From Phycisphaera mikurensis NBRC 102666 (GTDB taxonomy: Bacteria; Planctomycetota; Phycisphaerae; Phycisphaerales; Phycisphaeraceae): a stretch of DNA of 32,000 nucleotides. Positions 1 through 10,310 of this stretch are shown piece after piece (the stretch's first letter is position 1; each line of letters starts with the position of its first letter). The stretch covers positions 3,450,001 to 3,482,000 of the forward strand of contig NC_017080.1 in NCBI RefSeq assembly GCF_000284115.1, in the 5' to 3' direction. The position numbers were made by a program, and so were the translations under genes. The notes below the pieces were generated by a model, which was given only the letters and a program-made list of their open reading frames with translations, was not told where the DNA came from and made no database searches.

Positions 1-872
1 TCCAGCCGCGCGAACACGCTGTCGTCGCCCACGCCCGCGGTGCGGCCCAGCAGCAGCGTGGTCCGCCGCCCCCCCTCCTCGATGAGGTCCCACGCCGCCG
101 CGGGCTGGCTGAGCCCGAAGACCGCCGGCCGGGCCGTGGCCGCGCCGCCTTCGAGCAGCTCGCGGGCGTAGAGCCCGTCGGTGAGCTCGCGCATGGTCTC
201 GATCACGCCCGGCCGCACGGGCGCTCCGTCGTCCGCCAGCCGCCACCGGTCCCGGTCTCGCAGCAGCGTCACGGAGGCCCGCTCCCCCTCGCCGCGGAGG
301 GCCATCTCCACGACGGCCCCCAGCGGCGGCAGCGGCACGCGGGGGTCGAACCAGCCCGCGTCGCGGCGGGCGTAGACGAAGGTGTGGAGCCCGTCCGGCA
401 GCGTGATCAGGCGGCCCCGGAGCCGCGCGTCCTCCGACTCTTCGACCTGCGCGAAGCTCCGCCCGCCCGGCATGCTCTCGCCGAGGGCGACGCGGGTGAC
501 GCCGGAGTCGTCCACCACCTCCACCACCGCGCGGGGGGGGTCCAGCGAGGCCTCCCGCGGCGTTGGCCCCTCACCCGGTGCATAGATCTGCTGCGTCACT
601 GCGCCGGCCAGCGTTCGCGTGATCTCCCGCCCGGCGGCCTCGGACAGCGGGAACCACACCGGGCTGACCTGGCTCCAGTAGCCGCCTTCGCGTCGGAAGA
701 CCGTCGCTTCGGCCCCCCGCTCGACGCGGACCGCCAGCGGCGAGGAGCCAAAGAGGGGCTGCCCGGCCGGCGCTCCCGCCCCGGGCACGCTCCCGCCCCC
801 GCGGCTGGCGAGCCAGAGCACGCCGAACGTGGCGAGGGTGACGAGCAGCAGCGCAGGGGTTCGCAGGTTCAT
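1..872 (-). CDS. DUF4340-like secreted/membrane-anchored protein, C-terminus cut by the window edge
   Basis: Reading the minus strand from ATG at 870-872 gives MNLRTPALLLVTLATFGVLWLASRGGGSVPGAG... with an N-terminal hydrophobic segment, then ...ADGAPVRPGVIETMRELTDGLYARELLEG...TTLLLGRTAGVGDDSVFARL, open to the window edge. Resembles the DUF4340 style; partial, so absent from the ORF track. Confidence 0.6.
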   Translation of the reverse strand, partial: MNLRTPALLLVTLATFGVLWLASRGGGSVPGAGAPAGQPLFGSSPLAVRVERGAEATVFRREGGYWSQVSPVWFPLSEAAGREITRTLAGAVTQQIYAPGEGPTPREASLDPPRAVVEVVDDSGVTRVALGESMPGGRSFAQVEESEDARLRGRLITLPDGLHTFVYARRDAGWFDPRVPLPPLGAVVEMALRGEGERASVTLLRDRDRWRLADDGAPVRPGVIETMRELTDGLYARELLEGGAATARPAVFGLSQPAAAWDLIEEGGRRTTLLLGRTAGVGDDSVFARL

Positions 873-966
873 GGCGGCCACGCAGACCCCGGAGGGGATC
901 CACCCGGGTGCTATCGGTCCGATCCGCCCGCGGCCTGCCGCCGCGGCGGGAGAGGCGCGGCGCGGA

Positions 967-1836
967 TCACCGGCCGTCGGTCAGCACGTCGCAGCCGGTC
1001 TCGGTGACCGCGATCGTGTGTTCGTAGTGCGCCGCCGGGAGCCCGTCTGCGGTCACGACGGTCCAGCCGTCCGCCAGGGTCTGCACGTCGGCCGTTCCCT
1101 GGTTGCACATCGGCTCCACCGCCAGCACCATGCCCGGACGCAGGTCGATGTCGTGGCGGAGCAGGTCGCGGTTCACGAAGTTGGGCACCTTGGGTTCCTG
1201 GTGCATCGTGTCGCCGATCCCGTGACCCACGAAGTCGCGGACGACGCCGTAGCCGCGGGCCTCCGCGTAGCCCTGCATCAACCGGGCGACCTGGCTCCAC
1301 CGGCGGCCGGGCTTGATGTTCTCCACGGCGATGCGCAGCACGTGCTCGGTCTCCTCGCAGAGCCGCCTCGTCGCCGGCGCAACGTCGCCGACGAGGATCG
1401 TTGTCGCCGCGTCACCGCACCACCCGTCGAGGCGGACGCCGCAGTCCACCCCCACGATGTCGCCGTCGCGGATCGGCTCGTCGTTCGCGATCCCGTGCAC
1501 CACCACCTCGTTCACCGAGATGCACAGGTTCGAAGGGAAGCCCTCCCCGGGCACGTAGGTCGGGTAGTGCTTGAAGAGGCCCTCTGCGCCCCGCTCCGCG
1601 ATGAGAGCGCCCGCCGCCTCATCGATCATGCGGGTGGTGTTTCCGGGCTTGGCCATCTCCCGGCACAGGTCGTGGACCTCCACCACCAGCCGCCCCGCCA
1701 CCCGCATCTTCTCGATCTGCTCTCGCGTCTTCAGCTGGATCCCCGCGTTCCCCCCGCGCGTGGACCCGCTGGCCTTGGGCTTCTTCGCCTTCGGCCGCTT
1801 CGCCAGCAACCCTCGTCGCCCACGCTTAGCGGCCAC
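967..1836 (-). CDS. map: Methionine aminopeptidase, type I
   Basis: 289 aa, GTG start; LKTREQIEKMRVAG, SVNEVVVHGI, GDIVGVDCGV, GHGIGDTMHQEPKVPNF, LRPGMVLAVEPM, ADGLPAAHYEHTIAV. Has a basic ~32-aa N-terminal extension. Confidence 0.95.
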   Translation of the reverse strand: MAAKRGRRGLLAKRPKAKKPKASGSTRGGNAGIQLKTREQIEKMRVAGRLVVEVHDLCREMAKPGNTTRMIDEAAGALIAERGAEGLFKHYPTYVPGEGFPSNLCISVNEVVVHGIANDEPIRDGDIVGVDCGVRLDGWCGDAATTILVGDVAPATRRLCEETEHVLRIAVENIKPGRRWSQVARLMQGYAEARGYGVVRDFVGHGIGDTMHQEPKVPNFVNRDLLRHDIDLRPGMVLAVEPMCNQGTADVQTLADGWTVVTADGLPAAHYEHTIAVTETGCDVLTDGR

Positions 1837-1879
1837 GGGAACCTCCGGAGCTCAGCGGGATGGGGAGCCGCGAACAAGC

Positions 1880-2085
1880 CGTGGATGCACGCGGATGAAG
1901 AGGGACACGAAACCCGTGGCGATGCCACAAGGCGTACGCGGGCGCAGCGGCAGCGGGCCTGGAAGAACCAGCACGTCGCAGAAGCAAAGCGGAAGCCACC
2001 ATGGCAGAGCAAGTCGAAGAGCCGGATCGTCGAGAAAGCACCTGGATCCGCACGCTCATCGGGGTCCATCCGCGTTCATCTGCGG
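1880..2085. repeat. Candidate intergenic element bounded by imperfect inverted GGATGNACGCGGATG-type motifs
   Basis: gtggatgcacgcggatgaag at 1881-1900 and, inverted, ggtccatccgcgttcatctgcgg at about 2063-2085, in the secY-map gap. Confidence 0.4.
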
Positions 2086-2120
2086 CTCGGCCGCATGCTC
2101 CCCGGGCATGCACCGCCGCC

Positions 2121-3539
<1,419 letters not shown>

Positions 3540-3752
3540 GGGTGCTCCGGCTGCGCCGGGCTTGGCACGCCGTGAACCGGTGAGCAAGCCGCCGCGGAAT
3601 GAGAGGGATGCCCGGACACCGGTCCGGGCGGGCGGGCGGATCCTAGGGAACCGCCGGGGCCACCGTTCGGGTTCGGGACCACGGGGCGCGGGTCGCGGCC
3701 GTGCGGCGAGAGGGAGAAGCCTGGCTCGCCCCCCGACCGCGGCCCGAGGGCA

Positions 3753-4265
3753 TCAGCCCGCGGCGGGGTCTGCGGGCTGGTCCTTCGCGGCCTTCTTGAC
3801 GCCCTTGGGCCGGCGGGCACCGACTTCCGCGGCCTCGGTGACCGAGCCGCCGGCCGCGGTGATCTTCTCCCGGGCGCTGGCGCTGACCGCGGCGACGGCG
3901 AGCGTGAGCGGCTTGGTGACGTCACCGAAGCCGAGCACCTTGACGTCGCTCTTCACCGAGCGGACCAGGCCCTTGGCGGCGAGCAGCTCCGGCGTCACCG
4001 TCGTGCCCGCATCGAAAGCCTCCAGCGACTTGAGGTTCACCACCTCGAAATCGCGCCGGAAGTTGGCGTTGGAGAACCCCCGCTTCGGGAAGCGTCGGTA
4101 GAAGGGGATGCCGCCGCCCTCGTGGTGGCCGCTGCTGCCCGAGCGGCTGCTCATGCCCTTGTGGCCGCGGCCGGAGGTCTTGCCGTGCCCGGATCCGGGG
4201 CCGCGGCCGATGCGCTTGCGGCGCTTGTGGGCGCCCGCGTGGGGCGTGATCTCGTGAATCATCAT
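3753..4265 (-). CDS. rplO: 50S ribosomal protein L15
   Basis: MMIHEITPHAGAHKRRKRIGRGPGSGHGKTSGRGHKGMSSRSG...; start 4265 or 4262. Confidence 0.95.
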   Translation of the reverse strand: MMIHEITPHAGAHKRRKRIGRGPGSGHGKTSGRGHKGMSSRSGSSGHHEGGGIPFYRRFPKRGFSNANFRRDFEVVNLKSLEAFDAGTTVTPELLAAKGLVRSVKSDVKVLGFGDVTKPLTLAVAAVSASAREKITAAGGSVTEAAEVGARRPKGVKKAAKDQPADPAAG

Positions 4266-4407
4266 GGCGGGTCTCGCTCTTCGGGGGGCGGCGTAGCCGC
4301 CGGGTGTTCTGGGGGAGAGGGCCGCCCGACCCGATCGAACGGGCTCGGCGGCGGATTCGGAGGATAACCGGTGCGACGACCGGAGCGGACGCCCGGGCCG
4401 CTCCCGG

Positions 4408-5358
4408 TCAGGCCTTGCCTTCTTCGGTCTCGGCGTCCCGGGGCACGTCCGCGGCGTCGGGCGTCGCGGGGGCGGCGGCCGCACCGACGTCGTCGCCGTC
4501 GGTGGTCTCGGGCTTGTCGCCCGCGGTGTCGGAGCCGCCGGTCACCGCGCCAAGCACCGCGCCGACCGCCCCGCCGGCGACGCTCGCGACCGCGCCCGCG
4601 GCACCGGCGACCGATCCGGCGATGCCGGTGGCCACGTTGCCCTCGCCGTCGGCGGTCTGGGCGTCCTTGTCCGCGTCGGGCTTCGGAGCCGCGGGTCCGC
4701 CGGCGTTGCCGCCACGCCCGCCGCCGGGGCCGCCGCGGCCGCCGCGGCCGCGGGTCTTCTTCGCGTCCTCGTCCTTCTGGTTCGTCGGGCCCTTGGCTTT
4801 CTTCTTGGGGCCGGCGTCGCCCTCCTCGGTCATGTACCGCTTGTTGGCCTCCAGAGCCTCGTCCACGGTCGACTTCTCGATCTCGACGCCGCGGAGCTTC
4901 GCGATCTCCTCGCGGGTGCGCAGCTGGTCGAGCGCGTCCATCACGGCGCGGCACAGGTTGATCTTGTTGGTCGAGCCGTACGCCTTGGTGAGGCAGTCAC
5001 GCACGCCCGCCATCTCCAGGACGGCGCGGACCGTGCCGCCGGCGATGACGCCGGTGCCGGGCGCCGCGGGGATCAGCTTCACCGTGGAGGCGCAGCTGCG
5101 GCCGATGACCTCGTGCGGCACCGTCGCCCCGAGCCGCTTGATGGCGACCATCTCCTTGCGTGCGACCTTCTGCGCCTTCTCGATGCCCACCGGCACGCCG
5201 CGGCCCTTGCCGTAGCCGATGCCGACCTTGCCGTCGCGGTTGCCCACGACGACGAGCGCGGAGAACGACAGCCGGCGGCCGCCTTTGACCGTGGTCGATG
5301 TGCGGTTGATCGCGACCGTGGTGGATTCGAGCTGGTTTCCGTCGAGGGTTTCGGCCAT
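4408..5358 (-). CDS. rpsE: 30S ribosomal protein S5 with a long low-complexity C-terminal extension
   Basis: FSALVVVGNRDGKVGIGYGKGRGVPVGIEKA...VKLIPAAPGTGVIAGGTVRAVLEMAGVRDCLTKAYGSTNKINLCRAVMDAL; 316 aa in total. Confidence 0.95.
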   Translation of the reverse strand: MAETLDGNQLESTTVAINRTSTTVKGGRRLSFSALVVVGNRDGKVGIGYGKGRGVPVGIEKAQKVARKEMVAIKRLGATVPHEVIGRSCASTVKLIPAAPGTGVIAGGTVRAVLEMAGVRDCLTKAYGSTNKINLCRAVMDALDQLRTREEIAKLRGVEIEKSTVDEALEANKRYMTEEGDAGPKKKAKGPTNQKDEDAKKTRGRGGRGGPGGGRGGNAGGPAAPKPDADKDAQTADGEGNVATGIAGSVAGAAGAVASVAGGAVGAVLGAVTGGSDTAGDKPETTDGDDVGAAAAPATPDAADVPRDAETEEGKA

Positions 5359-5536
5359 GGTGTGGGCTCAGCGTGGGGGAACAGGGGGCTCGCGGGAGCG
5401 AGACGGTCGCGGGGAGCGACATCAGCGGCCCGTGGGCCGGACGAACGCCGCCGCGGCCCATTGCGACCGCGGCGGTAGGGGAAGTTCGGGGAAGAGGGGA
5501 AGGAACGCGGCTCTTTTTTCGACCCGCCTCCGGCGG

Positions 5537-5893
5537 TCAGAAAGAAAGCCCGCCCTCGCGGGCGGCGTCGGCGAGGGCCTTGACGCGGCCGTGGAAGCGG
5601 AAGCCGTTGCGGTCGAAGGCCACGGCTTCGATGCCGGCCTCCTTCGCGGCCGCCGCGACCTTGTTCCCGATCTGCTTGGCCGCCTCGACGGTCGCGCCGT
5701 TGTCCAGCTTCGCGGCCACGCTGCTGGCCGAGGCCAGCGTCTTGCCGGTGCTGTCGTCGATGACCTGGGCGTACACGTGCTTGCTGGAGCGGAACACGGT
5801 GAGCCGGGGCTGGTCCGCGGTGCCGTAGAGGCGCTTGCGGATGCCGGCCTTGCGGCGGGTTCGGCGGGTGTTCTTGAGTCGGGAGGCCTGCAT
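5537..5893 (-). CDS. rplR: 50S ribosomal protein L18
   Basis: [57 protein letters not shown]...; 118 aa. Confidence 0.95.
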   Translation of the reverse strand: MQASRLKNTRRTRRKAGIRKRLYGTADQPRLTVFRSSKHVYAQVIDDSTGKTLASASSVAAKLDNGATVEAAKQIGNKVAAAAKEAGIEAVAFDRNGFRFHGRVKALADAAREGGLSF

Positions 5894-5995
5894 GGCGATC
5901 GTCGGTTTCTTGGGTCGCGGCCGGAACGACGGCGTGTTCCGGTCGGGGTGGAGGTTCTGCGGGGGCGGCGGAGCGGCGGGGCCGGCCGAAGGTGC

Positions 5996-6535
5996 TTACT
6001 TCGCGAAAGCCTTGCCCTGCTTCCGCAGGATGACCTCGTCGATGTAGCGGATGCCCTTGCCGTTGTAGGGCTCGGGCTTGCGCTCGGCACGGATGGCCGC
6101 GGCGGTCTGGCCGACCAGCTGCTTGTCGGAGCCGGAGACCCGGATCCGCACGCCGTTGACCTCGCAGGTCACGCCGTCGGGGATCTTCACCGAGCGGGTG
6201 TCGGCGAAGCCGACCTTGAGGTCGATCTGCTTCGGCCCCTTCATGGCGGCGACGTAGCCAACGCCGGAGACCTCCAGCTCCTTGACGAAGCCCTTGGTCA
6301 CGCCCTCGATCATGTTCTGGATCAGGGAGCGGGTGAGGCCGTGGAACGCCCGGGCGGCCTTGTTGTCGCCGTGGCGGGTCACCACGACGTTGTCGTCCTC
6401 GAGCTTCACCTCCACCTCGGGACGGTGAGAGAACGCGAGCGAGCCGAGCTTGCCGGAGACGGAGATCTTGCGGCCCTGGATGTCGACCTTGGCGCCGTCG
6501 GTGACGGGCACGGGGGTTTTTCCGATACGCGACAT
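5996..6535 (-). CDS. rplF: 50S ribosomal protein L6
   Basis: MSRIGKTPVPVTDGAKVDIQGRKISVSGKLG...GKGIRYIDEVILRKQGKAFAK; 179 aa. Confidence 0.96.
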   Translation of the reverse strand: MSRIGKTPVPVTDGAKVDIQGRKISVSGKLGSLAFSHRPEVEVKLEDDNVVVTRHGDNKAARAFHGLTRSLIQNMIEGVTKGFVKELEVSGVGYVAAMKGPKQIDLKVGFADTRSVKIPDGVTCEVNGVRIRVSGSDKQLVGQTAAAIRAERKPEPYNGKGIRYIDEVILRKQGKAFAK

Positions 6536-6596
6536 GGCGGTTCTTTCGGTTTCCCGCTTCGCGGGGAGGAGGCCGCGGACGGCCGGGGTTTTGGGG

Positions 6597-6621
6597 AAAA
6601 AACGCCCGCGGTCCGCGGGCG
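6597..6621 (-). terminator. Intrinsic-terminator-like hairpin plus T6 between rpsH and rplF
   Basis: Minus strand CGCCCGCGGACCGCGGGCG (7-bp stem, GGACC loop) followed directly by TTTTTT. Confidence 0.6.
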
Positions 6622-6632
6622 GAGGGCCAGGC

Positions 6633-7040
6633 TCACTCGACCGTGCAGATCAGCTCGCCGCCGACGTTCTTCTCGCGGCACTGCCGGTCGGACAGCACGC
6701 CGACGGGGGTCGTCAGGATGGCGACACCGAGGCCGGCCAGCGGCCGGGGGAGGTCCTTCACCTTCGTGTACACGCGGCAGCCCGGCTTGCTCGCGCGCTT
6801 CAGCTTGTGGAACAGCTTCTCGCCGAAGGGGCCGTACTTGAGCGTCACGCGGAGCACGCCCAGGCCACCGAACTGCTCGCCGGCCAGCACCTCCGAGGAA
6901 GTGATGTAGCCCTCGTGCTCGAGCGCGGCGGCGATGCCGCGGCAGACGCGGGAGTTGCGGCAGTCGACACGCTCGGCACCGTTGGCCGAGGCGTTGCGGA
7001 TCCGCGTGAGCATGTCGGCGATGGGGTCGCTGAGGGCCAT
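6633..7040 (-). CDS. rpsH: 30S ribosomal protein S8
   Basis: MALSDPIADMLTRIRNA...ILTTPVGVLSDRQCREKNVGGELICTVE; 135 aa. Confidence 0.96.
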   Translation of the reverse strand: MALSDPIADMLTRIRNASANGAERVDCRNSRVCRGIAAALEHEGYITSSEVLAGEQFGGLGVLRVTLKYGPFGEKLFHKLKRASKPGCRVYTKVKDLPRPLAGLGVAILTTPVGVLSDRQCREKNVGGELICTVE

Positions 7041-7174
7041 GGGGGTGTTTCCGGGCCCCGCTTCGCGGGGCGGTTCCGGCGGCGTGCCGGAGGGTCAATC
7101 AAGAGGAAGCGAGCGATGGGTCGCTCGGTTGTGCGCGGGGCACGGCGTCGGGGCGGGCGCCTGCCGCGGGAGGA

Positions 7175-7441
7175 TCACCAGGAAGCCTTCTTCATCCCGG
7201 GGATCTTGCCCTGGAGGGCGAGCTCGCGGAGAACGATGCGGCTGACGTTGAACTTGCGGTAGACGGCGCGGGTCCGGCCGGTGATGGCGCACTGCGTGAC
7301 CAGCCGTGTCGGGCTCGCGTCCCGCGGGAGCTGCGAGAGCGCGGCGTAGTCGCCGGCCTTCTTCAGCTCGCGGCGCTTCTCCGCGTACTTGTCGACGGTC
7401 TTCTGGATCCGGTCCATCCGGGTCTTGGTGGATTTGGGCAT
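7175..7441 (-). CDS. rpsN: 30S ribosomal protein S14, form lacking zinc-binding CXXC motifs
   Basis: ...[54 protein letters not shown]; 88 aa. Confidence 0.95.
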   Translation of the reverse strand: MPKSTKTRMDRIQKTVDKYAEKRRELKKAGDYAALSQLPRDASPTRLVTQCAITGRTRAVYRKFNVSRIVLRELALQGKIPGMKKASW

Positions 7442-7550
7442 GGTGGGGTCTCCGGCTGCGCCGGCGATGGGGTTTCCGGCTTCGCCAGAGGGTGGGGGGA
7501 TCCCGCGGCGCGGGGAGAGAGGTTACCGGATCCACCGGCAACCGTCAGGG

Positions 7551-8162
7551 TCAGGCGGCGCTCCGCTTCTCGTCCTTCTTGACGAAGGGGAAGCCGAGGC
7601 CGGTCATGGCCGACCGGCTCAGCTCGTCGGTGGAGTTGCTCCAAACGAGCGTGACGTTCATGCCGAAGGTGTGCTGGGCGGAGGTCATGTCGACCTCGGG
7701 GAAGATGCCCTGCTCCTGGAGGCCGAAGCTGAAGTTGCCCCGGCCGTCGAAGCTCTTGTCCTTGATGCCGCGGAAGTCCTTGATCCGCGGGATGGCCAGG
7801 CTCACGAGGCGGTCGTAGAACTCCCACATGCGGTCCCCGCGGAGCGTGACGCGAGCGTGCGTCTCGTAGCCCTCGCGGACCTTGAAGTTGGCCACGCTCT
7901 TCTTCGCGGCGACGGCGACGGCCTTCTGACCGGCGATCTTCGCGAGGTCGCTGAGGACCTGCTCCTTGACGGCCGCCTTCACCTTCGTGCCGTCGAGGTG
8001 CTTGCCCATGCCGGAGGTCAGCACGATCTTCTGCAGGCGCGGGAGCGCCTGGCGGTTCCGGGTGCCCGCGGCTTCGGAGAGGCGCGGGAGCACCTCCTCC
8101 TCGAATCGCTGCTTCATCCGCGGGGTCGCGGCGGGGGCCTGGTTGTCGGTGGCGTCGGCCAT
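7551..8162 (-). CDS. rplE: 50S ribosomal protein L5
   Basis: KIVLTSGMGKHLDGTKVKAAVKEQ...VTLRGDRMWEFYDRLVSLAIPRIKDFRG...NFSFGLQEQGIFPEVD; ATG at 8162 preferred to the TTG at 8174. Confidence 0.95.
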   Translation of the reverse strand: MADATDNQAPAATPRMKQRFEEEVLPRLSEAAGTRNRQALPRLQKIVLTSGMGKHLDGTKVKAAVKEQVLSDLAKIAGQKAVAVAAKKSVANFKVREGYETHARVTLRGDRMWEFYDRLVSLAIPRIKDFRGIKDKSFDGRGNFSFGLQEQGIFPEVDMTSAQHTFGMNVTLVWSNSTDELSRSAMTGLGFPFVKKDEKRSAA

Positions 8163-8259
8163 GGTGGGTTGCACTTGGGGCGGGGGATCGGGGGGTGGGG
8201 GCGGGTCGACCGCCGGAGCTTGGAGCGGCGCCGCGGCGGTGCTGCTCCGGGCTGCGGTC

Positions 8260-8610
8260 TCAGTCGCGGCTCTTCTTGAGTTCCGGGCCCAGCACGTCGC
8301 CGGTGGTCGCCGCGACGCGGACCTTCGAGCCGTCGTCGCGGGTCTGGTAGCGGACGCGGGTGGGCTTGCCGTTGGCGTCGACCGGGCTCACGTTGGAGAT
8401 GTGGATGGACACCTCGGTGTTGATCGTGCCGCCCTGCGGGTTGCTCTGCGTGGCGCGGACCCGCTTGGTCCGCAGGTTGACGCCCTCGACCAGCACCCGC
8501 TCGTCGTTGGGGCGGTCGCTCGTGAGGACCTTCAGAACGGTGCCGGTCTGGCCCTTGGAGGAGCCGGAGAGGACCTTGACGGTGTCACCTTTGCGGACGT
8601 GGCGCTTCAT
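8260..8610 (-). CDS. rplX: 50S ribosomal protein L24
   Basis: MKRHVRKGDTVKVLSGSSKGQTGTVLKVL...GVNLRTKRVRATQSNPQGG; 116 aa. Confidence 0.95.
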   Translation of the reverse strand: MKRHVRKGDTVKVLSGSSKGQTGTVLKVLTSDRPNDERVLVEGVNLRTKRVRATQSNPQGGTINTEVSIHISNVSPVDANGKPTRVRYQTRDDGSKVRVAATTGDVLGPELKKSRD

Positions 8611-8694
8611 GGGGATTCCGCTTCGCGGGTGGTGGATCAGGAGGGGTTGGGGGGAAGAGCCGCTCGGAGCGGCGGTGTCGCGGGCGGCGAGGAT

Positions 8695-9081
8695 TCAGAC
8701 GACCTCGGAGGCGAGGCTGACGATCTTCATGAACCGCTTCTCCCGGAGTTCGCGGGCCACGGCCCCGAAGATCCGGGTGCCGCGGGGGTTGCCCTCGTCG
8801 GTGATGAGGACGATCGCATTGGAGTCGAACTTCACCAGCGAGCCGTCGTTGCGGCGCACCGGGTAGCGGGTCCGCACCACGACGCCCTTGACGATCGTGC
8901 CCGTCTTCAGGTCGCTGCCCGGCAGCGACTTCTTCACGGAGCAGACGACGGTGTCGCCGACCGTGGCCGTCGGGCGGCTGAACTTGCCGCGTGCCGTGGA
9001 GGCACCGAGCACCCGGATCACGTACGCGATCTTGGCGCCGCTGTTGTCGGCAACATCAACTCGGGATTCCTGCTGGATCAT
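8695..9081 (-). CDS. rplN: 50S ribosomal protein L14
   Basis: [26 protein letters not shown]...[46 protein letters not shown]; 128 aa. Confidence 0.96.
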   Translation of the reverse strand: MIQQESRVDVADNSGAKIAYVIRVLGASTARGKFSRPTATVGDTVVCSVKKSLPGSDLKTGTIVKGVVVRTRYPVRRNDGSLVKFDSNAIVLITDEGNPRGTRIFGAVARELREKRFMKIVSLASEVV

Positions 9082-9186
9082 CTCGGTTGGCTCCCGGTGG
9101 AGAGCCCTTTCATTCGGGGTGGGTGCGGCCGGAACCGCGGGAAGGCGAGGCGCGAGCGTTGGCCCGCGGGACGCCGGATCGGCGGC

Positions 9187-9534
9187 TCAGCCGCCGCTGG
9201 TCTCGTCGGCCGGGGCCGTGCCCGCCGCGACGTCGTCGGAGACGAAGGCGTCGACGGCCATCGGGGCGGCCTCGACCACGCGGACCAGGCGGTGGCTCTT
9301 GGTCTTGGACAGCGGGCGGCAGGAGCCGATCTCCACGCGGTCGCCCTCCTTCAGCTCGTTCTTGCCGTCGTGGACCTGGAACTTCTGCGCCTTCTTGATG
9401 TACTTGCCGTACTTGGGGTGCTGCACCTTGAACTCGACGACCACCGTGGCGGTCTTGTCGCGCTTCACCGAGGTGACGACACCGACGCGGGTGCCCAGGA
9501 GCGGGCGGGTGCTGGTGGGGGTGGACTGGCTCAT
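9187..9534 (-). CDS. rpsQ: 30S ribosomal protein S17 with an acidic/Ala-rich C-terminal tail
   Basis: LLGTRVGVVTSVKRDKTATVVVEFKVQHPKYGKYIKKAQKFQVHDGKNELKEGDRVEIGSCRPLSKTKSHRLVRVVE; 115 aa. Confidence 0.94.
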   Translation of the reverse strand: MSQSTPTSTRPLLGTRVGVVTSVKRDKTATVVVEFKVQHPKYGKYIKKAQKFQVHDGKNELKEGDRVEIGSCRPLSKTKSHRLVRVVEAAPMAVDAFVSDDVAAGTAPADETSGG

Positions 9535-9574
9535 GATGGCAGCGCCGAAGGTGGCGATCGGGAGGTTCTGGGGA

Positions 9575-9784
9575 TCAGGCGGAGGCGGGGGCGTTCCCGA
9601 GGACGCGGCGGCGCTGCTCGGTGAGCACGCGGGCGACGTCGCGGCGGAGCCGGCCGAAGGTGCGGTTGTTCTCGACCTTCTCGGTGACGGCTTTGCTCCG
9701 CAGGTCGAAGAGCTCCCGGCGGACCTGACCGAGCGTCTCGGCGAGCTGCTCGTCGGTCATCTTGGTGACTTCGTCGTTCTTCAC
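9575..9784 (-). CDS. rpmC: 50S ribosomal protein L29
   Basis: (V/M)KNDEVTKMTDEQLAETLGQVRRELFDLRSKAVTEKVENNRTFGRLRRDVARVLTEQRRR, with GTG start at 9782-9784 aligning with canonical L29 N-termini (alternative ATG at 9760). Found at the 3' end of the track ORF 9575-10339. Confidence 0.92.
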   Translation of the reverse strand: MKNDEVTKMTDEQLAETLGQVRRELFDLRSKAVTEKVENNRTFGRLRRDVARVLTEQRRRVLGNAPASA

Positions 9785-9846
9785 GTGGGTCTTTCGGGCT
9801 CCGGCCGTGGCCGGGGAGGGGTTGGGGAGGTCGGGGGCGCGTGCGC

Positions 9847-10263
9847 TCAGGCGGAGCGACGGACGACGAAGCGGCAGCGGAAAGGCATCTTGTGGGCGAC
9901 GCGGGCGAAGGCGGCCTTGGCCATCGACTCCGGGACACCGGCCATCTCGTAGACGATCGTCCCGGGCTTCACGACCGCGGCCCAGTACTCCGGCTCCGCC
10001 TTGCCCTTGCCCATCCGCGTCTCCAGCGGCTTCTTGGAGATCGGCTTGTCCGGGAAGACCCGGACGAACAGCTTCCCCTCGCGGGAGACGTACTGCCGGG
10101 CGGCGATGCGGCCGGCCTCGATCTGCCGGGCCGTCAACCAGCCGCCCTCGAGCAGCTGCAGCGCGTAGTCGCCGAAGGAGACCTTGTTCCCGCGGCAAGC
10201 CACGGTCTTGTTGGAGCCGCGCTGCTGCTTGCGGAACTTGACTCGTTTGGGGAGGAGTGGCAT
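9847..10263 (-). CDS. rplP: 50S ribosomal protein L16
   Basis: [16 protein letters not shown]...[77 protein letters not shown]; 138 aa. Confidence 0.96.
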   Translation of the reverse strand: MPLLPKRVKFRKQQRGSNKTVACRGNKVSFGDYALQLLEGGWLTARQIEAGRIAARQYVSREGKLFVRVFPDKPISKKPLETRMGKGKAEPEYWAAVVKPGTIVYEMAGVPESMAKAAFARVAHKMPFRCRFVVRRSA

Positions 10264-10310
10264 GGCTGTGGCTCGCGGCGTCGCCGCGTGGGGTGGTTCG
10301 GGGAGGCGGG

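Noticed and set aside
5509-5530. T-run ctttttt near rpsE/rplR as a terminator
   Set aside because: On the transcribed strand it reads as an A-run after a weak CCGCC-GGA-GGCGG hairpin, so there is no U tract for termination.
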